From positions 23,126,001-23,190,000 of the forward strand of contig JAQFVV010000005.1 of assembly GCA_028023455.1 (NCBI GenBank): a stretch of 64,000 nt of DNA, read 5' to 3'. The notes under the pieces were generated by a model. The model made no database searches. It had not been told where the DNA came from and worked only from the letters and a program-made list of their open reading frames with translations. This stretch comes from Epiperipatus broadwayi. Lineage: Eukaryota; Animalia; Onychophora. Of this stretch, positions 1 to 14,900 are shown in pieces. A program made the translations under genes and the position numbers. Each line of letters opens with the position of its first letter. The stretch's first letter is position 1.

Positions 1-2879
1 CACTTTGGGAAACTATTTTTTTTGTACCGGTTAACCTTGAGGGACGACCTTTAAATATGACTAAACAATTGCAAATTTCATAATCACATTTAAAGGAGAT
101 AATAATGGAGATGATTGAACCTAAAACAGGTTATATTTCCCAGTTACCTCCCAAAAATTATCACTAGTATTTTGAAATAGTTTTTTTTTCCCACTCAGCG
201 ATGGGCGCCATGCTGAATGAACCAATTTCAAATATCAGAATCCTTAAATTCACAGAACATTCCGGCATTTTGCTCATTGGTTAAACAGTCGCTCTAACTA
301 AAATATATATTTTTTCTCTTAACTGATAACTGCTAAAATGACCATTTGCAAACGAAAAAGCACTGGCTACTTGAATTTTTAAAACTAATAATCATTTATT
401 CAACAATTAAAATTATTCACATATATATACATGCACACACACAAAATTAAAACTAATTATTTTAAAATGCATTAATATAGCAAAGCATATAAAAATAAAT
501 GGATAACAATGACTGAGCAACTAATACATATAAAATGCATGTTAATAAAGAAATCAGATTGTTCTGACTTAAGGCCGTTACAATATATTGTTTTTTAAGT
601 TCCAATAAGAATAGTTAAACGTTCAACTGTGTGTTAGAAAAATATATTTGTAAACTTTAATATTTGTGTTCTATTTTTGCGCAGCATGCAGCTTCTATGG
701 GACACCAGTGCAGGCCAGACAAGCCTCGCGTTATGTGCAGAGAGCGACACGAATTGCGAAGAAAAGTGAAATAGACATGTTATATCACCTCTGACGTACA
801 TGCCATGAATAAAAAAGAGACATATCTAAGAAGTGGCAGATCTAGATCTATTCCACCCTTATTTGCATATTTAGTCCGCCCTAATTTACATAGTTTACTT
901 TTTGAAAATGAAGGCTTAGACCTTTGAAAGCGCTTGAATAAATCGATATAAAAAGTTTGTCATTCATTTGATTTACGGTGATAATATTATATATATTTAA
1001 GTTATACGTGTGTATTTTCATATTAACACAAATATTAGAGTTTACAAAAGGAATAGTCTTACCATGGTATTTTATCTTTTTAGTATTCCTCAGAATGGCA
1101 TAAAAATCATAACTTTCTCTCTGTCAAATGGTTTCCTTTTACATGTGCTGTTTTCAAGATAAAAATAAAGGCAATCAAAGAACACATTTTCCATAGGCAT
1201 TTTAAATTAATCCTGAGTTAGGCATTGACGTTGGAGTTCAGGAAGCTCCAGAAGAAATCTACATAGTTTATGGTGAGTTAGTACACTTTAGTGCCTAGTA
1301 GTACACATTCTCTGGCTGTATTAACAAATAATCCTTGGGTTCCATATTTCTGACAAGGACGATTTTAGTTTCATAAACTACAGTAAACCATGAAATAATT
1401 TCTTTGCCACGTTAAGAATACACAAAAGCAAAAAAAAAAATGTAATGCTAATTTCCAGTCCAGATCCAATTAAAAAAACGATGTGTCCTTTTCTTTTTTA
1501 TTCTCTTTCTTATCCATTCTTTTACTTTTTAAAAAAAATTAAATATACAATAGATCAATAATTAAATAACAGAATAAATTGGAGACTTCTTATCTTTTAA
1601 GTACAGTTTGTAGATTCACTTTTTTATCAGTAAATCTAAACAAATTAATTTTCTTTTTTCAAACAAAAAATTGAAATATATTTATTTCATTTTTTTTTTT
1701 TTTTTAATTTCAGCCACCTTACATGGATTTAAGTTATTTATTAAAATTAATTTTAATAAATGTTATGTTTTCTTCATATTTTTACTTGTTTATTTAACCC
1801 GTATATATTTCATCAATGCACACACATACATGCACATTCTTAATAATAATATTTTTAATTTAAAAGAACTTTAAATATTGTTTAACAATTGAGTACATGC
1901 TTGCTATGCTGAGTGATCACTAAATATCTCCAAAATTAATTCTATTATAATAAAAGTAGCCGACATTTAGCAACATATATGAGTGCAACAGGAAATAAAA
2001 CAATTCTGTTTTAAACATCTTTCTACATTTATCTTTTCAGTAAGAAGATTCTTAAATCCGAGAAATATTTTATGATATATACAATGAGTTCCAGTGAAAG
2101 GGTAACTGACTTTATCTCCAAGCAGTGCCCTCTTCTGAATCAATGCATGTGTTATGTAGTGATACAGTTTTTAGCTATTTACCACAAAAATGTTATGGCA
2201 ATAGGATCTGGCTCATGAGTTATGATATATAGTGTGACAATATGTTTGTTTAAAGAAATCCTTGATGGAATGAACTAGTGATAAATTTTGTTTTAAATTG
2301 GACACAACTGCTATTGAAATATTACTGTGTATTACAATGAAACTGTGAGTCGCAAGAATGTTTTCAAGTGATTTGCTAGATTTCATGAAGAAACAAAACA
2401 CACTGTCACATTTCATGACTCACATTCTATGTATGATAGAGTCTTAAAATTTTTGTGATGAATAGCTAAATTACATCACTATGTAAAATTTTTGTGGTAA
2501 AAATACTATGTTACTACGTATTATGTTAATTTAGATATGATGCGACAATCAGCTTGGAATCCCTTGGTCACTAGGATATAATATTTATATATTTCAGTTA
2601 AAGTCTACTAAATTCAAATATAATAATTAGTAAATTTACCAGGTTGGTTGTAAATACCATCCATCTTTTTTTGCTATGTGAATAATCACTTAGTAATAAA
2701 AATAGCAGGTACAACAACAAGAATGTAAGAAGAAGGAATGGACATTGGAATTCATCCTATTCAGTTCACATAAAACCTCCAAAAAATAAAAAAATATTTT
2801 TTCAAACAATGCTTTAAAATTTTGGAAAATGTTACAAAAGTTGTCAAATGAAAACAAGAAAGTAGAATTAAAGATAAGT

Positions 2880-3430
2880 GTTAAAAGAATTAATGTAGTG
2901 TTCAATGGTTTCTCACAGAAGAAAAAAATAAAGATTAATAATTACAATTTAGAAAAAATGTGGCCAATTTAATAATACAGATAGAAACATAGTGGATCTA
3001 ATTTAAACTTGGGTGGAATGCTTGCAGAAGAAATAACTTAATATTAAATGAAAGTATACCTGTATGTTTGAAAAGAAACATATTTAATAGATATGTTAAC
3101 CAGTTCTTACTTCTGAATCTGAGACTTGATTTATCTTAACAGAAGAACAATACTCGGGTGCACAATGACATATGGAGAGATATATGTTGACAGGGACAAT
3201 AAAGAATTGGAAATGTAATACCTTGGATGAGAAAACAAGCAAATATCATTGTTATCATTAAGATGTTAAAATGGAGATGAACTGAAAACATTGCTAGAAT
3301 AAATGATAGTCTATGATTAGTTCAAGTCTTAAACTGAATTACAAGAGATTAAAAATTCAGAAGGTAATCACACGTGAGATGGATAAATAAAAAAAGTTTG
3401 ATAGAATGATAAAGAAATTATGGATTGGAG
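2880..3430 (+). mobile_element. Degenerate RTE-like LINE 3' fragment
   Basis: Broken translation resembles the QRxMERxML...IKxLKWxWAGHIAR..DxRW region of the better-preserved copy at 30710-32020. Confidence 0.55.
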
Positions 3431-4819
3431 ACCTGGATTAAATTTGAAGAAACTTGTATTGTGATTTGATAATGGCCGAAAATGATGGTGGTATAAATTT
3501 CATATTGATATATATTTTTAATCTATACCTTTTTTTTTCAAAATGTGTAACAAAATCAATATGAAACTCATACAAGAGAAAAATCTTTCCATTGCATCTT
3601 GTGTGATTACAAAATGGCAGCAATTACCTTATTAGAACTTGTGAAACAAATAGTAATTCTTCTTCCCCTCCTTATATTTTTCAACTATATTTCTTAACAT
3701 ACCATTTTACTCTGTCTTTTCTCAGAATAGATGGTTCTCTAATATTAACATTCTATGGAAATTATCAAAAATCCACCTTTTCAAAAGTTGAAACAATGCC
3801 GTTGTTGCATGTGAGATTAGCTAATGGTTTTAATATCATCAGATTTTATTGCATTTATTTTTTTTTCTGTCAAAACCATATTTGTTAAAAGAGAGTCTGT
3901 GATCATTCACCTGGATTTAAACTCCCTTCAAAACCTATGATTTTTTTTTTACATGTGAGTATTAAAAATTTTAGTGGCCTCTTTTGTTTACACCAGCTTT
4001 ATTAAACTCTTTGACCATTATTCAGCATAAAATAACAGACTGGTGCTTGCATTATGTATGTATTTTAGTTAAACAGCCGTATCAAGTGTGTTAGAGATTT
4101 AAATATCTGTAAATCATGATTGGAGTAAACAGCTCAGTATTTTTAAGGGATTTGTTGAATTTCACAGTGTAAACACAATTATTACTTATAGATTTAATCA
4201 AACTGTGAATAATATTTACAGTTTAGGTAGAGGTACAAATGAGATCACCCTTATCTCTGTCTTGGATGATGTACGTCAAATGTTCTATTATCAATTTAGC
4301 ATAAAGTATATTTGTGAATGTTTTCACATTTTGAAAATAAATCAATTCTTATGATACTTATATATAAAGTTTGGATTGCTATTATAAGGTAATTGGTAAA
4401 TGTTCAAATCTCCAGTGCACCCTGGCGAGGTTGCTTACCCAAAATACATATATAGTGCGAGATGAAGTCTGTTTTTTTTTTTTGGATAACTAGCAATGAT
4501 TGCAAAACATATAATAGCTATTGCTTACTTCCATCTGTTCTACTTGTCTTTACTGCTTTTATTATATATGCGCATATAAACTTATTTACAGATCAATTAA
4601 GTTTGAATATTATTGCTACAATAATTCACAAGTTAGATTCCTAAGAATCATTTTTTAACAAACTTGGAAACTATACTCATTTTCTCATACCTATGCTAGA
4701 CTCTTGATCAGACAAAAGATGGCCACTCATATCTGCCCTTCATGTTGTTATATGGTAAACAAATCAAACAGGGATACTCACAAAAGCTAAATCTTTATAT
4801 CAGCAGTAATGTTTATAAT

Positions 4820-5085
4820 ATTAATCATCATCATCAACCATTATCAATCCACTACTGCAGGATGAAGGTCTCTCCAAGTTCAATCCATCTTCTCCGATCT
4901 TTAGCTTCTCTTCTCCACATCACCCCTGCACCCTTTCTTATTTCATCCATCTGACATGTGGTCTCTTTCTGGGTCTTTTACAATCTCTTGGAATCCCGTT
5001 TAAGATTTCAATTGTCCATCTATTATCATCTCTTCTAGCAATATGTCCAGCCCAACTCCACTTCAAAAATATTTATCATCTGTAC
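4820..5085 (-). mobile_element. RTE-like LINE 3' end fragment with (GAT)n tail
   Basis: Closely matches 30710-30925 (ccactgcaggatgaaggtctctccaagttcaatccatc...), preceded on + by atcatcatc repeats. Confidence 0.85.
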
Positions 5086-5776
5086 AAACATTCATTCTGC
5101 CTTATCAGGCAACTGAGAAGAAAGACCATGGTGTTTCTTGATCTTAAACTCAGAGGTAAAAAAACCAATAAACTTACCATGCTGGCTAATGCGTGTTGGT
5201 GAGCAACCCATTCATGTTCGTATACTATATGAATAATCACATGGTAATAACGGCTGCAACTACAAGAACGTATGGAGTGGACATTTAGGAATTTGCCCTG
5301 CTCGGTTCCTTTAAGGCCTCCAACAGGAATCAAAGGGTATCAAAAGCTAGCTTGTTTACCAAAAATCCTGGTAATATAAAAGTTGAATTTTTTGTGAATA
5401 TTAATGTTTGATTTATTTTAACATATAAAAAGATGTAGAGTAGCTAGAAGTGATCATTTTTTTGTCTAACCAATAGTCTGGCATTGATATAAGAAAGTGG
5501 GAATTGCTAGCAAGTTAGTTAAAAAATGATTTTTAGGGAATCTGATTTGAGAATTATTGTAGTTGTATATTTGTATTTAGTTGCTCCATGAATGAATATG
5601 TTTATATTGTCTGTATTACATATTTAATAGCCACACTTTATTTACAGGCTTATTAAAATTATTAGAATATATACATGTTATCAATATTTTTGCCACTGTT
5701 AATTTAGTCAATGACCTTTAAAAAACACTTGTTCTACTTACTTCATCTTATTTAGGAAGTATTTTTCTTTTTCTAG

Positions 5777-5917
5777 TTTGCCATGGTGGATGTTATTATT
5801 ACAAGTTTGCAGGATGCATATAGCAAATGGATTAAGAAGTATTTGAAACATCATGAGATATTGGTACTCATAGTTTGTATCATTTCCTTTTTTTGTGGGC
5901 TTCCTAATGTAACTCAG
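5777..5917 (+). CDS. SLC6 exon (end of TM8 to TM9): [47 protein letters not shown]
   Basis: Acceptor tttttctag, donor CAG|gtaaac; 141 nt open, phase 0/0. Confidence 0.95.
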
Positions 5918-8900
5918 GTAAACATTGTATACGATTAGTAAATCGATACTTAAAGCTATGATGAGTTCCATTTAAATGTATTTATTTTTAATAGCATATT
6001 TATTTTATTAATATGGGTATGTGGATATATATAAAATTGCTTGATCAGATATTACATTTTTATATACTTTTTTCAAACTTTTAAATATTATGTATTGATG
6101 AAAAACTTGACTAATCTCTGTATGACATTTTCGGGTTCTGCATTATCACACTTGCCCAATGCTAATGGTATCAACAAAAGCTGAGAGAAATTAATTACAT
6201 TGATACTATGAATTCTAATAAATAGTTCAGGACATGATTAGGAAACTTTATTGAATTGAGTAAAACAACATTGACTGGAAAGTCATTCTAATGGAGTTAT
6301 AAAAAAATTATCTGGAATGTGTGAGAGATTTTATCAACTGCAAAGGTTGCGTATTGATGACCGACCAGGTTCTCATTTCTACAAAAGGCTGAAAGCATGT
6401 ACTCAACTTCATCAAAGTCATTCTGGAATTGCCTGTAAGAAAGCTTTGTCTGGATTATATTTCTGGTGCTCAAAGCTGAGCCAAGAAATAGAACAAATGA
6501 TTTAAAAGTATACAGTGGCAAACAACCACCTATTTGCTGCCAAAAAAAAAAAACTGGAATCTTAGCCTAAATCTTTGGAAAATCATCTGCATCTGGATTA
6601 TGCTGGACCAATGAATGATCATATATTTTTAATAGTTGTAGACTCATATTCATGGTGGATGGAACATAAAATTGTCAAAAACTAGGGCTGAATGCATCAT
6701 TAGAGCGCTGAAAGAGTCCTTTGCAAATCTTATTCTGGGACTATTGTAACAGATAATGGGACTGGTTTCACATCTCAGCAATTTAAGGACTATTTAACTG
6801 ATAAGGGAATAGGCCATATACTTATCCAGCCATAACATCCTGAATCTAATTGCCTGACAGAGAAGGCAATTCAACAATTAAAATCTATGCTGAACAAAAT
6901 CTGTCACAAGGATACTATGGAAATATTTTCCAATTCTTTATTCCATGTACAGCTACTAAGACAGCAGCTGAATTACTAATGTATAGAAAATTCCATACTC
7001 ATCTTTCTAAATTATTTCCAATTACAAATGAAAATTTAAATGACTTTGAAGATTATAAAAAGTTAAAGAAGGCATTTGGAGATGCGATACTTTAAAAAAT
7101 AAATGACTACTAGGAGAAATATTGAAAATCTTATTTAGGCAAATATGATTGATACAAGTGGATAATGGGAAAATATTTAAGACATATAAACCATTTAAAG
7201 CATCATAGTTGAATACCAGATGCAGATAATACTAATGTTAAGTGAACTGATGATGACGAAAATTTTATTTAAGGGGAGAAGCAACCTGTGGATATAAATC
7301 AAATTGTAATAAATGATTCAGTTAGGATTGAATTATTGAACCAACTGAAAATCATATATATGTGAATAAGAGCATTATTTCTAGAGGGAAGAGGGAATGT
7401 CTATGCATGTATAATAATAAAATATGCAAATGTAACTAAAGATTATTATTGAATTATGTAAATACATGCAGACAGTACATGAATAAATTATTTCATTATT
7501 ATTATTAAGCTATTGTAGAAAATCTCAATCTATCAATTATTCATAAATGGACTCGGCTATAAAAAAAAAAAATCCACAAAGATTTATTTAGATGCAATGA
7601 AATGGAATGACGTGTGAAGAAGCATAATAGTTGTGAATATTGTTTGCATTTTACAGTAGCAGCTGATATTGGCATAATGGTGATATGATAAATAGTCAAA
7701 GTTTATGATTACTGTTCCTAACATTTATAGGTATTGCAGTTATACCCGAATGGATGTGTTAAGAACTTATGATAGATTATATTTATCTACTGAGCCTGTG
7801 TAAAAATTGATACACATGCAGAAGCTTATTAATAGACTGTAGAGATTTCTAATGATATTTCTAATCGTTTTCTACTCTTTATTTTTTTTCTACGTTGTTA
7901 TTGATATTGAATAAATTTATTTTATCTCAAAGTTTTATTTAAATTTATTTAAAAGTTACCAATGCATTCTTGAATGATATTAAGATATTAATACCCTTGA
8001 ATATACCAAACATCCTTAGGTTTTGTATCACTGACTATGAGCTAACTGATTGTATAGATTTTGAAGCAGTATTGACAATTATATAAGTTGTTAAATCTAA
8101 AAAAATATCACATGATCCCTGTTTACACAATGTTTGGGAAACTTTTTTATTCTGTTATTTCATCATCTATTATAATCTTGGATAATCAAGATGCTTAGTA
8201 GATAGGGATTTAATAATCATTACTGTTTAATATTTATTGATTACTCAAGTTTTTAATATATAGCAGAACTTAAATAGAATAGAGAGACTGATCCTGTACA
8301 TAATTTGGTATATACTAACTGTGGGTACTTTGTCCCTTGGCCTAAGAATGGTATATATCAAATTATTTGCTTGATATTTACTTTTAATGCTATAGTATAT
8401 ATAAATTACCGGAAATTCCTAACAAGTTTGAATATCGGAAGCGATGGAGAAGTACCATAATTCATAGATCTTGAGCTCCAGGACCCGCCAATTTACAACT
8501 GCGCTAAACCATGCAGCATGATTGTATTTATAAAAAATAATTTATTATAAGAGATTCATGTGATATACTTTTAAATAATGTAAATTTTTGAAGACATATG
8601 CCATCTCAGACTGTTTGGAATGAATATTTGGCAGCAAGCATTTTCTTTTTTTACCGACACTTTATTTTTTGTCTACATATGTGGTGAAATAAACAGCAAC
8701 TTAATGGCCAAATTATGCGTAAGAAACTGCGAGAGATCACACATTGCTTTCATTTATGAAAGAATTTTTTTTGAAACATGAATATACTTATTTCTACAAA
8801 TACTTCTTTAAGTCATTGGAAATCTTGAATTTCTCAAATCAGTCATTGGAAACTTCAAGGCATTGATATAAAATGACAGTTTTTTTTGCTGATCAGAGGA

Positions 8901-11900
8901 GTCATGTTTGTTTAAAATTTATAAAGCAAAATATCACATACAATCACACCATTGACACACTACATGAAAAGTCACAAATTAAATAAACTAAATTTTAATT
9001 GTATTTTTCAAGAAGTATCTCCATTTTGGGATCTACGAATAGAATTCTGTTAGCTCTGCAGAGATTTAATCTGCCGCATCCACAAACTACAAGTCAAAAT
9101 TTAGGATCATTAAAAGCTTTATAAATTTTTTCAGGTTGTAATCAGAATTTTTTTGTCAGGTAGTCAGCCCTAGCTATTCTAGCAAAATGGTTTGAAGATG
9201 GCCCTAAGGTAACTTATCTTAATCAGATGAGGAGTCAATGCTTTGAATAGAAAGTCAGAAAAGTATAAAGGAGATGTTATGCTTATATACACATTGAACT
9301 GGTAGTTGACCTTTATCTCTGAAAGAACACTATTTTACTTCTTTGAACTTTTCATAATTATTTTATAAGATATCCATCTCTGTTGGGGAATTGTATTAAT
9401 TTGTATTATCGTTTTTATTCATTCTCAATTAATGAAACAGAAAAGCTGTGTTTTTTGGAACTAGGGTTGAATCACATCAGTTCTAATATTTTTTTTAAAT
9501 ACAGTCTTATTTTAAGATGTGAGAAGTATTATAAATACTCTGATCCATAACTTAATCTTCCTCACATTATTTCAGAAAGCTTATCCTTTCATCTTACAGT
9601 TGATTTTTCTCTAAGTATTGTACAATCTTTTGAGATCCATTAAAGATTTAAATTGTCCATCTTTTTTTGAACATATCCAACCAAAAACATTTTAGTCTCT
9701 TGATTCTTTCAATGAAGTCAGTGATATATGTTCGTTCTCTTACCCATATATTTCACTTTCAATACTTTTTTGTTACTTGGTTATATTATTCACATATTTA
9801 CCATTAAAAGCAAGTTGGCTGAGATCAAACTTTGGAAGCAGCGTAACAGTTTTTTTGTTTTTGGCTTAAACTGGGAGGCATTGCTCTTAAGAAAACATTT
9901 CTGATTACTTTTAGAGTTTTTAAGCCTTGCTGGGTTTTAAGAGGCTGTTGGTATGTTCCTTGCTTATTGACAAAATTAGGTGATTGTGAGTGGAGTGTGA
10001 TATAATGTGTGTGTGTGTATATATATATATTATTTAATAATTTCATCTGAAACATATATTATTGTTATATTTCAGGGAGGTATTTATTTTTTTACTCTGA
10101 TTGATTACTATGCTGCTGGAGTTTCACTCATGTATTTAGCCTTTTTCGAGGTTATAGCCATCACATGGTGCTACGGTAAGTATCACTGAAAATGAGTCTG
10201 TCTATTCTTATATTTGTAATCCATTTTTTCTGTGCCGTAATAAGAATAAATTATCAAACATATTTATTTCCTCGTCTTTTTAAATTCATATTTCAATGTT
10301 ACTGAATATATTTTAATATGAATATTTGTTTTCTGAATTTTAGGGGCCAATCGTCTTGCTCGTAATGTCCTGCAAATGACTGGACAGTTACCCCACGTGT
10401 TCTTCAGGTTTTGTTGGTTGATAGCAGCACCTGTACTCATATTGGTAAGAAATTATATGAAAATAATTACTATATGTATCATTTAAGGAATTTAGAATCA
10501 GTTAAAGTTAAAAATGGGATGGGACTAAAGCAAGGATGTCCTATGTTCCCTATTTTGTTTTTGTTGTATTTGAGAGAAATAAAGAGAGCAATAGAAAGAC
10601 TAGGAAGAGGGATAGAGATACCATTAATAGGTGGCAAGATTGTCGGATCTTTTATTTGCGATTATGTCTTTTTGTGCGCAGAAAGAAGAGAAGACAGGCT
10701 GAGGACATGCGCAAGGGTGGGTAAAGAGATGGGAATTAAATCTAGTGAAGAAAAATCAAAAATAATGATGATTAATACTGAGGAAAGAGAAGACAAAGAA
10801 TTTTTATTGGGGGATATAAAATTAAGTTGGTGAATTGATATAACTATTTGAGGATCATTATAAGTAATCAGAGAAATTGCTTGGATGAATGGGGAAAAAA
10901 ATTGATAAATGAAGCAAAGAAAAAAAAGGGATTGATAAAGAAATTAAGTGTTTTCATATAATAAATATGATGTAACTAGAATTGTATGGAAGGGAGTGGC
11001 AGTAGCATAGTTAATATATGGTAACAATGCTTTATATATTAGTAAAGGGGTGTTAGATTGCTTAGAAAAAGTACAAAGAGAAGCAGAAAGACATGCATCA
11101 GATGCAGAAGTGTGGACGGCAAAAGAGGCAATTCAGGAGAAATGGGATGGTCAAGTTTTTATATGAGAGATGCAAAAAGCAAAATGAAAATGTTCGGTAG
11201 TTGGCAGTTTATGCATAATAAAAGAATAGCCAAAATAGTATTTAATTGTGTTATGAATAAAGGGCAGGCAACAAGATGGATGAGAAAGGTAATGTGGTAT
11301 GCAGAAGATTTGGATAAAAAATTTATGTCAGTATACTTGTACAAAAGGTGGGCTAAAACTGTTATGATAATTGTTGAGTATTATAGTGGTAAGGAATGGG
11401 ATAGAAGAATAGATGCATTAATATAGAATAGGGAGTTGGAGAGATGGAGAACTAGTATGGAGAGTAAAAAGACTTTAAATATATATAGAAATAAACGGAA
11501 TATTGGGTGTGAGTTAATTTATGATAATAGCAAGGAAAGTAGTTTACTGTTTAAGGCTTGAACAGGGTTTTTATCAACAAGAGAATATACACATAAATGG
11601 AAAAATGTGGATGACTTAGTCTGCAAGTTGTGTAAGGAAGGCATAGAAAATATTAGCCATCTGTTAATTGAATGTAAATGCCTGAAAGCAGAAAGGGTGC
11701 AAATAATAAAGTTGTGGATGAATAAATATAAATAAAGTGATTATACAGAAAGTGGGTTATTGGTTTTTATGCTTGGTTTGGGAAAGGATAAGGAGGTTTT
11801 AGATATAAAGGCCATGGAGTTGATAAAGATTATGTTGTGGAAATGGGATGGAGCAGAATGTGGGAAAAGTTAGAGTGGGGAATGGAAAGGGAAGGTAAAG

Positions 11901-14900
11901 TAGCTAACAGGTTTCTTTGCGCATAGTTGCTGAGAGATTCCTGACTCCATATAAGGAGAAATCATAGTGCATCACACCACATACATATATATTTGTTATA
12001 TCAAATAATTGGAATGATCATTTATAACTTATTTCATTATCAAGATTTTATATATATATATTTTGTAATATAAACCAAGAAGGTTATTGGACCATGGAGA
12101 TAATTAATTACAACTGCTTGAAGATAATAACTTTTTTTTATTACGATATTGGTAAAATATTATTTCTCTTTTTAGATTCTTAATATTTAGTTGAGAGCCC
12201 TTTCAACACTTTTTGTCTCATCTCAAAACTATCAATGAAGCCTAATAATCAAATTTTAGTTGTAGTAATTTTAGTACTGCAGCATTTTAAATTCATGAAT
12301 CATACCATCATCATCATCATTATTATTATTATAATTATTAAACAACAGCAATAAAAAGACCCTCTCTCTTTTCACAAATTATATTGACATTATTAGGGCA
12401 AAATATAGGCCCAGTATATGTCATAGTTTAAGAAAAGTGAACTATAATTGGGAACAGATTTACTCTTAATGCATAAATGCTTGTGGTGGATCAGTCTGGC
12501 ATCTAAATTTGTCGTGGTCCTCCATCCAGAATATTTAATTTTATATATACCAATATTAGATCACTCTAAGCTACATATTTTTTCTTTTGTTTTGTTCAAT
12601 TTTTTTTTTTGTCTTTGATATGAACAAATACTTTGTGTTTTGCACTGATAATATCCATATAATTTGTGAAGAAAGAGAAGATAGATGCTAAGAATAAAAT
12701 AAAGAGGTAAACATTCATTATGAATTCAAAATATAAAATGAACCATTAGTATACGTAGTTAAAATTTGACGATTGAGCCTCACCATCAGTTTCAAGATTG
12801 ATATGACAATTTTAAAAGACTGTCAATTAAGTATTCAGAATTTAAAGAGAGATAACATTTCTTAACACTAAATTAGTAAAAGAAGTCTACCTTTTTGCAG
12901 TTGTAATTAATTATTTCCATCATTTACTAACTTGTTAATCTACATTTTAATTGCACATAATGCAAAGTTTAAATTTCTTATATAGGGATATGGTTTTTAG
13001 CTTTTTTCTTTTGATGTATCATTATTGGATAATTGTCGAATTCCAATCATATTTTTTGAATAAATACCCTAATATTTATAATTGCCATTACCTCTGAGAT
13101 ATTGATTCACAGGTCTCGTGAGAATCACTTAAACTGCAAATCTGCAGCATTGTCTCATCTTTTGTATGATAATTTTACTATAATGCCAAGGTGGAAGAAA
13201 TTTTCCATGTCACTGGGTATCAGAGGGGTATCTTTTAGTGTACCTTCCATTGATGGAGGAATTATCTCCACATATGCCACTAGAATTGTTCAACTATCTG
13301 CTGATGACTCACTTCATATGCTCTTCCTGCACATTTCTGTGGGAGATGTGTGTGTATTTAAGTAGATCCACACAGTATGAATTGTACTGCATTCCATTTG
13401 TAATTTTCTATATATCTATTAATTTGGTCAGTTGGGATAGCATGCTACATACAACTCTCCTAATTTTCTTAAATTCTTTCATTTTTAGTCTTTTCACACT
13501 TAAATGTATTAATTTTCTCTTCTCAAATTTAAATCAATTTTTTTAAGAATAAGGGGCATAGAGATTAGCTTGTCTTCTGCCATTCTTACAACCTGGAGTT
13601 TGAGTCTAGGTCTTTTGTACAGATGGCAATGGTTATCTCGCTATTATTAGCTAAAAAATTATGATTGTAGTTTAATTTGGGTTATCGAGAATGAGTGTCA
13701 GTGTGCTAAATGTAACAAAAAATGATTGAAATATATTGCACCCTTCATTATTGGGGGGGGGGGGGGGCATAGCAAGTTCTTACACACAGTCATTATTTGA
13801 GCACTATCATTTTCTGTTTTGCTTATTACATATAGCTTTTTAGTCCCCCCCGCCCATAATTCCTATGTAAGCTGCCGAAAAGTGACTTTTTTATACATTA
13901 TTATTTCATCTATTATTTTTAAATTGAGACTCTGGATTTCTTGTTTAAATAGAATTATTGGAGATAAAAATAAATATATAATCCTTCCTTAATGCATCCT
14001 TATCTTCGCTAAAGAATATCGGGATGACGTCTATCCTGGAGGTATATGCAATCCACCTATGTTGCATTAAAATAATCAAGCACCACAAATAAAATTAATG
14101 TGAATTTATTATGCTCATAAATAAAATATATATATATACTGGTAACAAAACTAATCATTAATCTTTAAGGAGACATTCTCTAATGTAAGCATCTTTGGCA
14201 GTAGTGTGAATTCTACATATATAATCAATTTGCATAAAGTATTTTAGATTCAGTTCATGTTAATTTCTTGTATATTTTTTTAGAATAAATAATAAAATAA
14301 TTGTGTAAGTATTGTTCTGGTAATTATTTTCCATAATAAAACTTTATTTATATTATAATCATATGTATCTATATATTTGCACACCTATTATTAATAATAT
14401 TATACACATTTCATTTCCTCGCCTCATTCTAGAAAATAACTTTTATTTACAAAAAATAAACTTGCAGTCATTTAGATTTTTTGGGTTCTCAATCAGGTCT
14501 AGACCAACGAAATTCTTTCTTCTCCTGTTCGGCAACTTTCTCTTCTTCCTATGAAGACTATTTTGAAGGGGATAAATTTACTTCTGGCAAAATCTCTATT
14601 TAATGAATCATTTTTCTCAAATAAATATTTCTCATTATTTAAACTTACATCTGATAGCTCTTGTATTGTATCCATATTTCCTTCTTTTATTGAAGCAGTA
14701 TCACTTAACTTCGAATTATCACTAACCCTTTTTTCTTCTAATGATTCCAGGTGGCAAACTTTCAAATGATAAATATGTCTTCTCATTTTTCTACTATTGA
14801 TAGTTTGTTCTTCTCTTAGTTGTCTTGAAACAACACTGATTACTACTCCCAGAAACCATTTTCTCTTTAACATATTGGATATCTAGACAGCATCACCAAC

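Noticed and set aside
5090-5360. GC-richer patch next to the RTE fragment (ORF 5076-5333)
   Set aside because: No recognisable motif in any frame I read; probably TE debris, but I cannot support a call.
1-5776. Search for the preceding SLC6 exon (PGLxFxxYP...LGLxSQ); looked at cctggcgaggttgcttaccca (about 4422) and the donor-like atg|gtgagt (about 1272)
   Set aside because: No open, phase-compatible SLC6-like frame with proper splice sites was found, so the exon probably lies upstream of the window.
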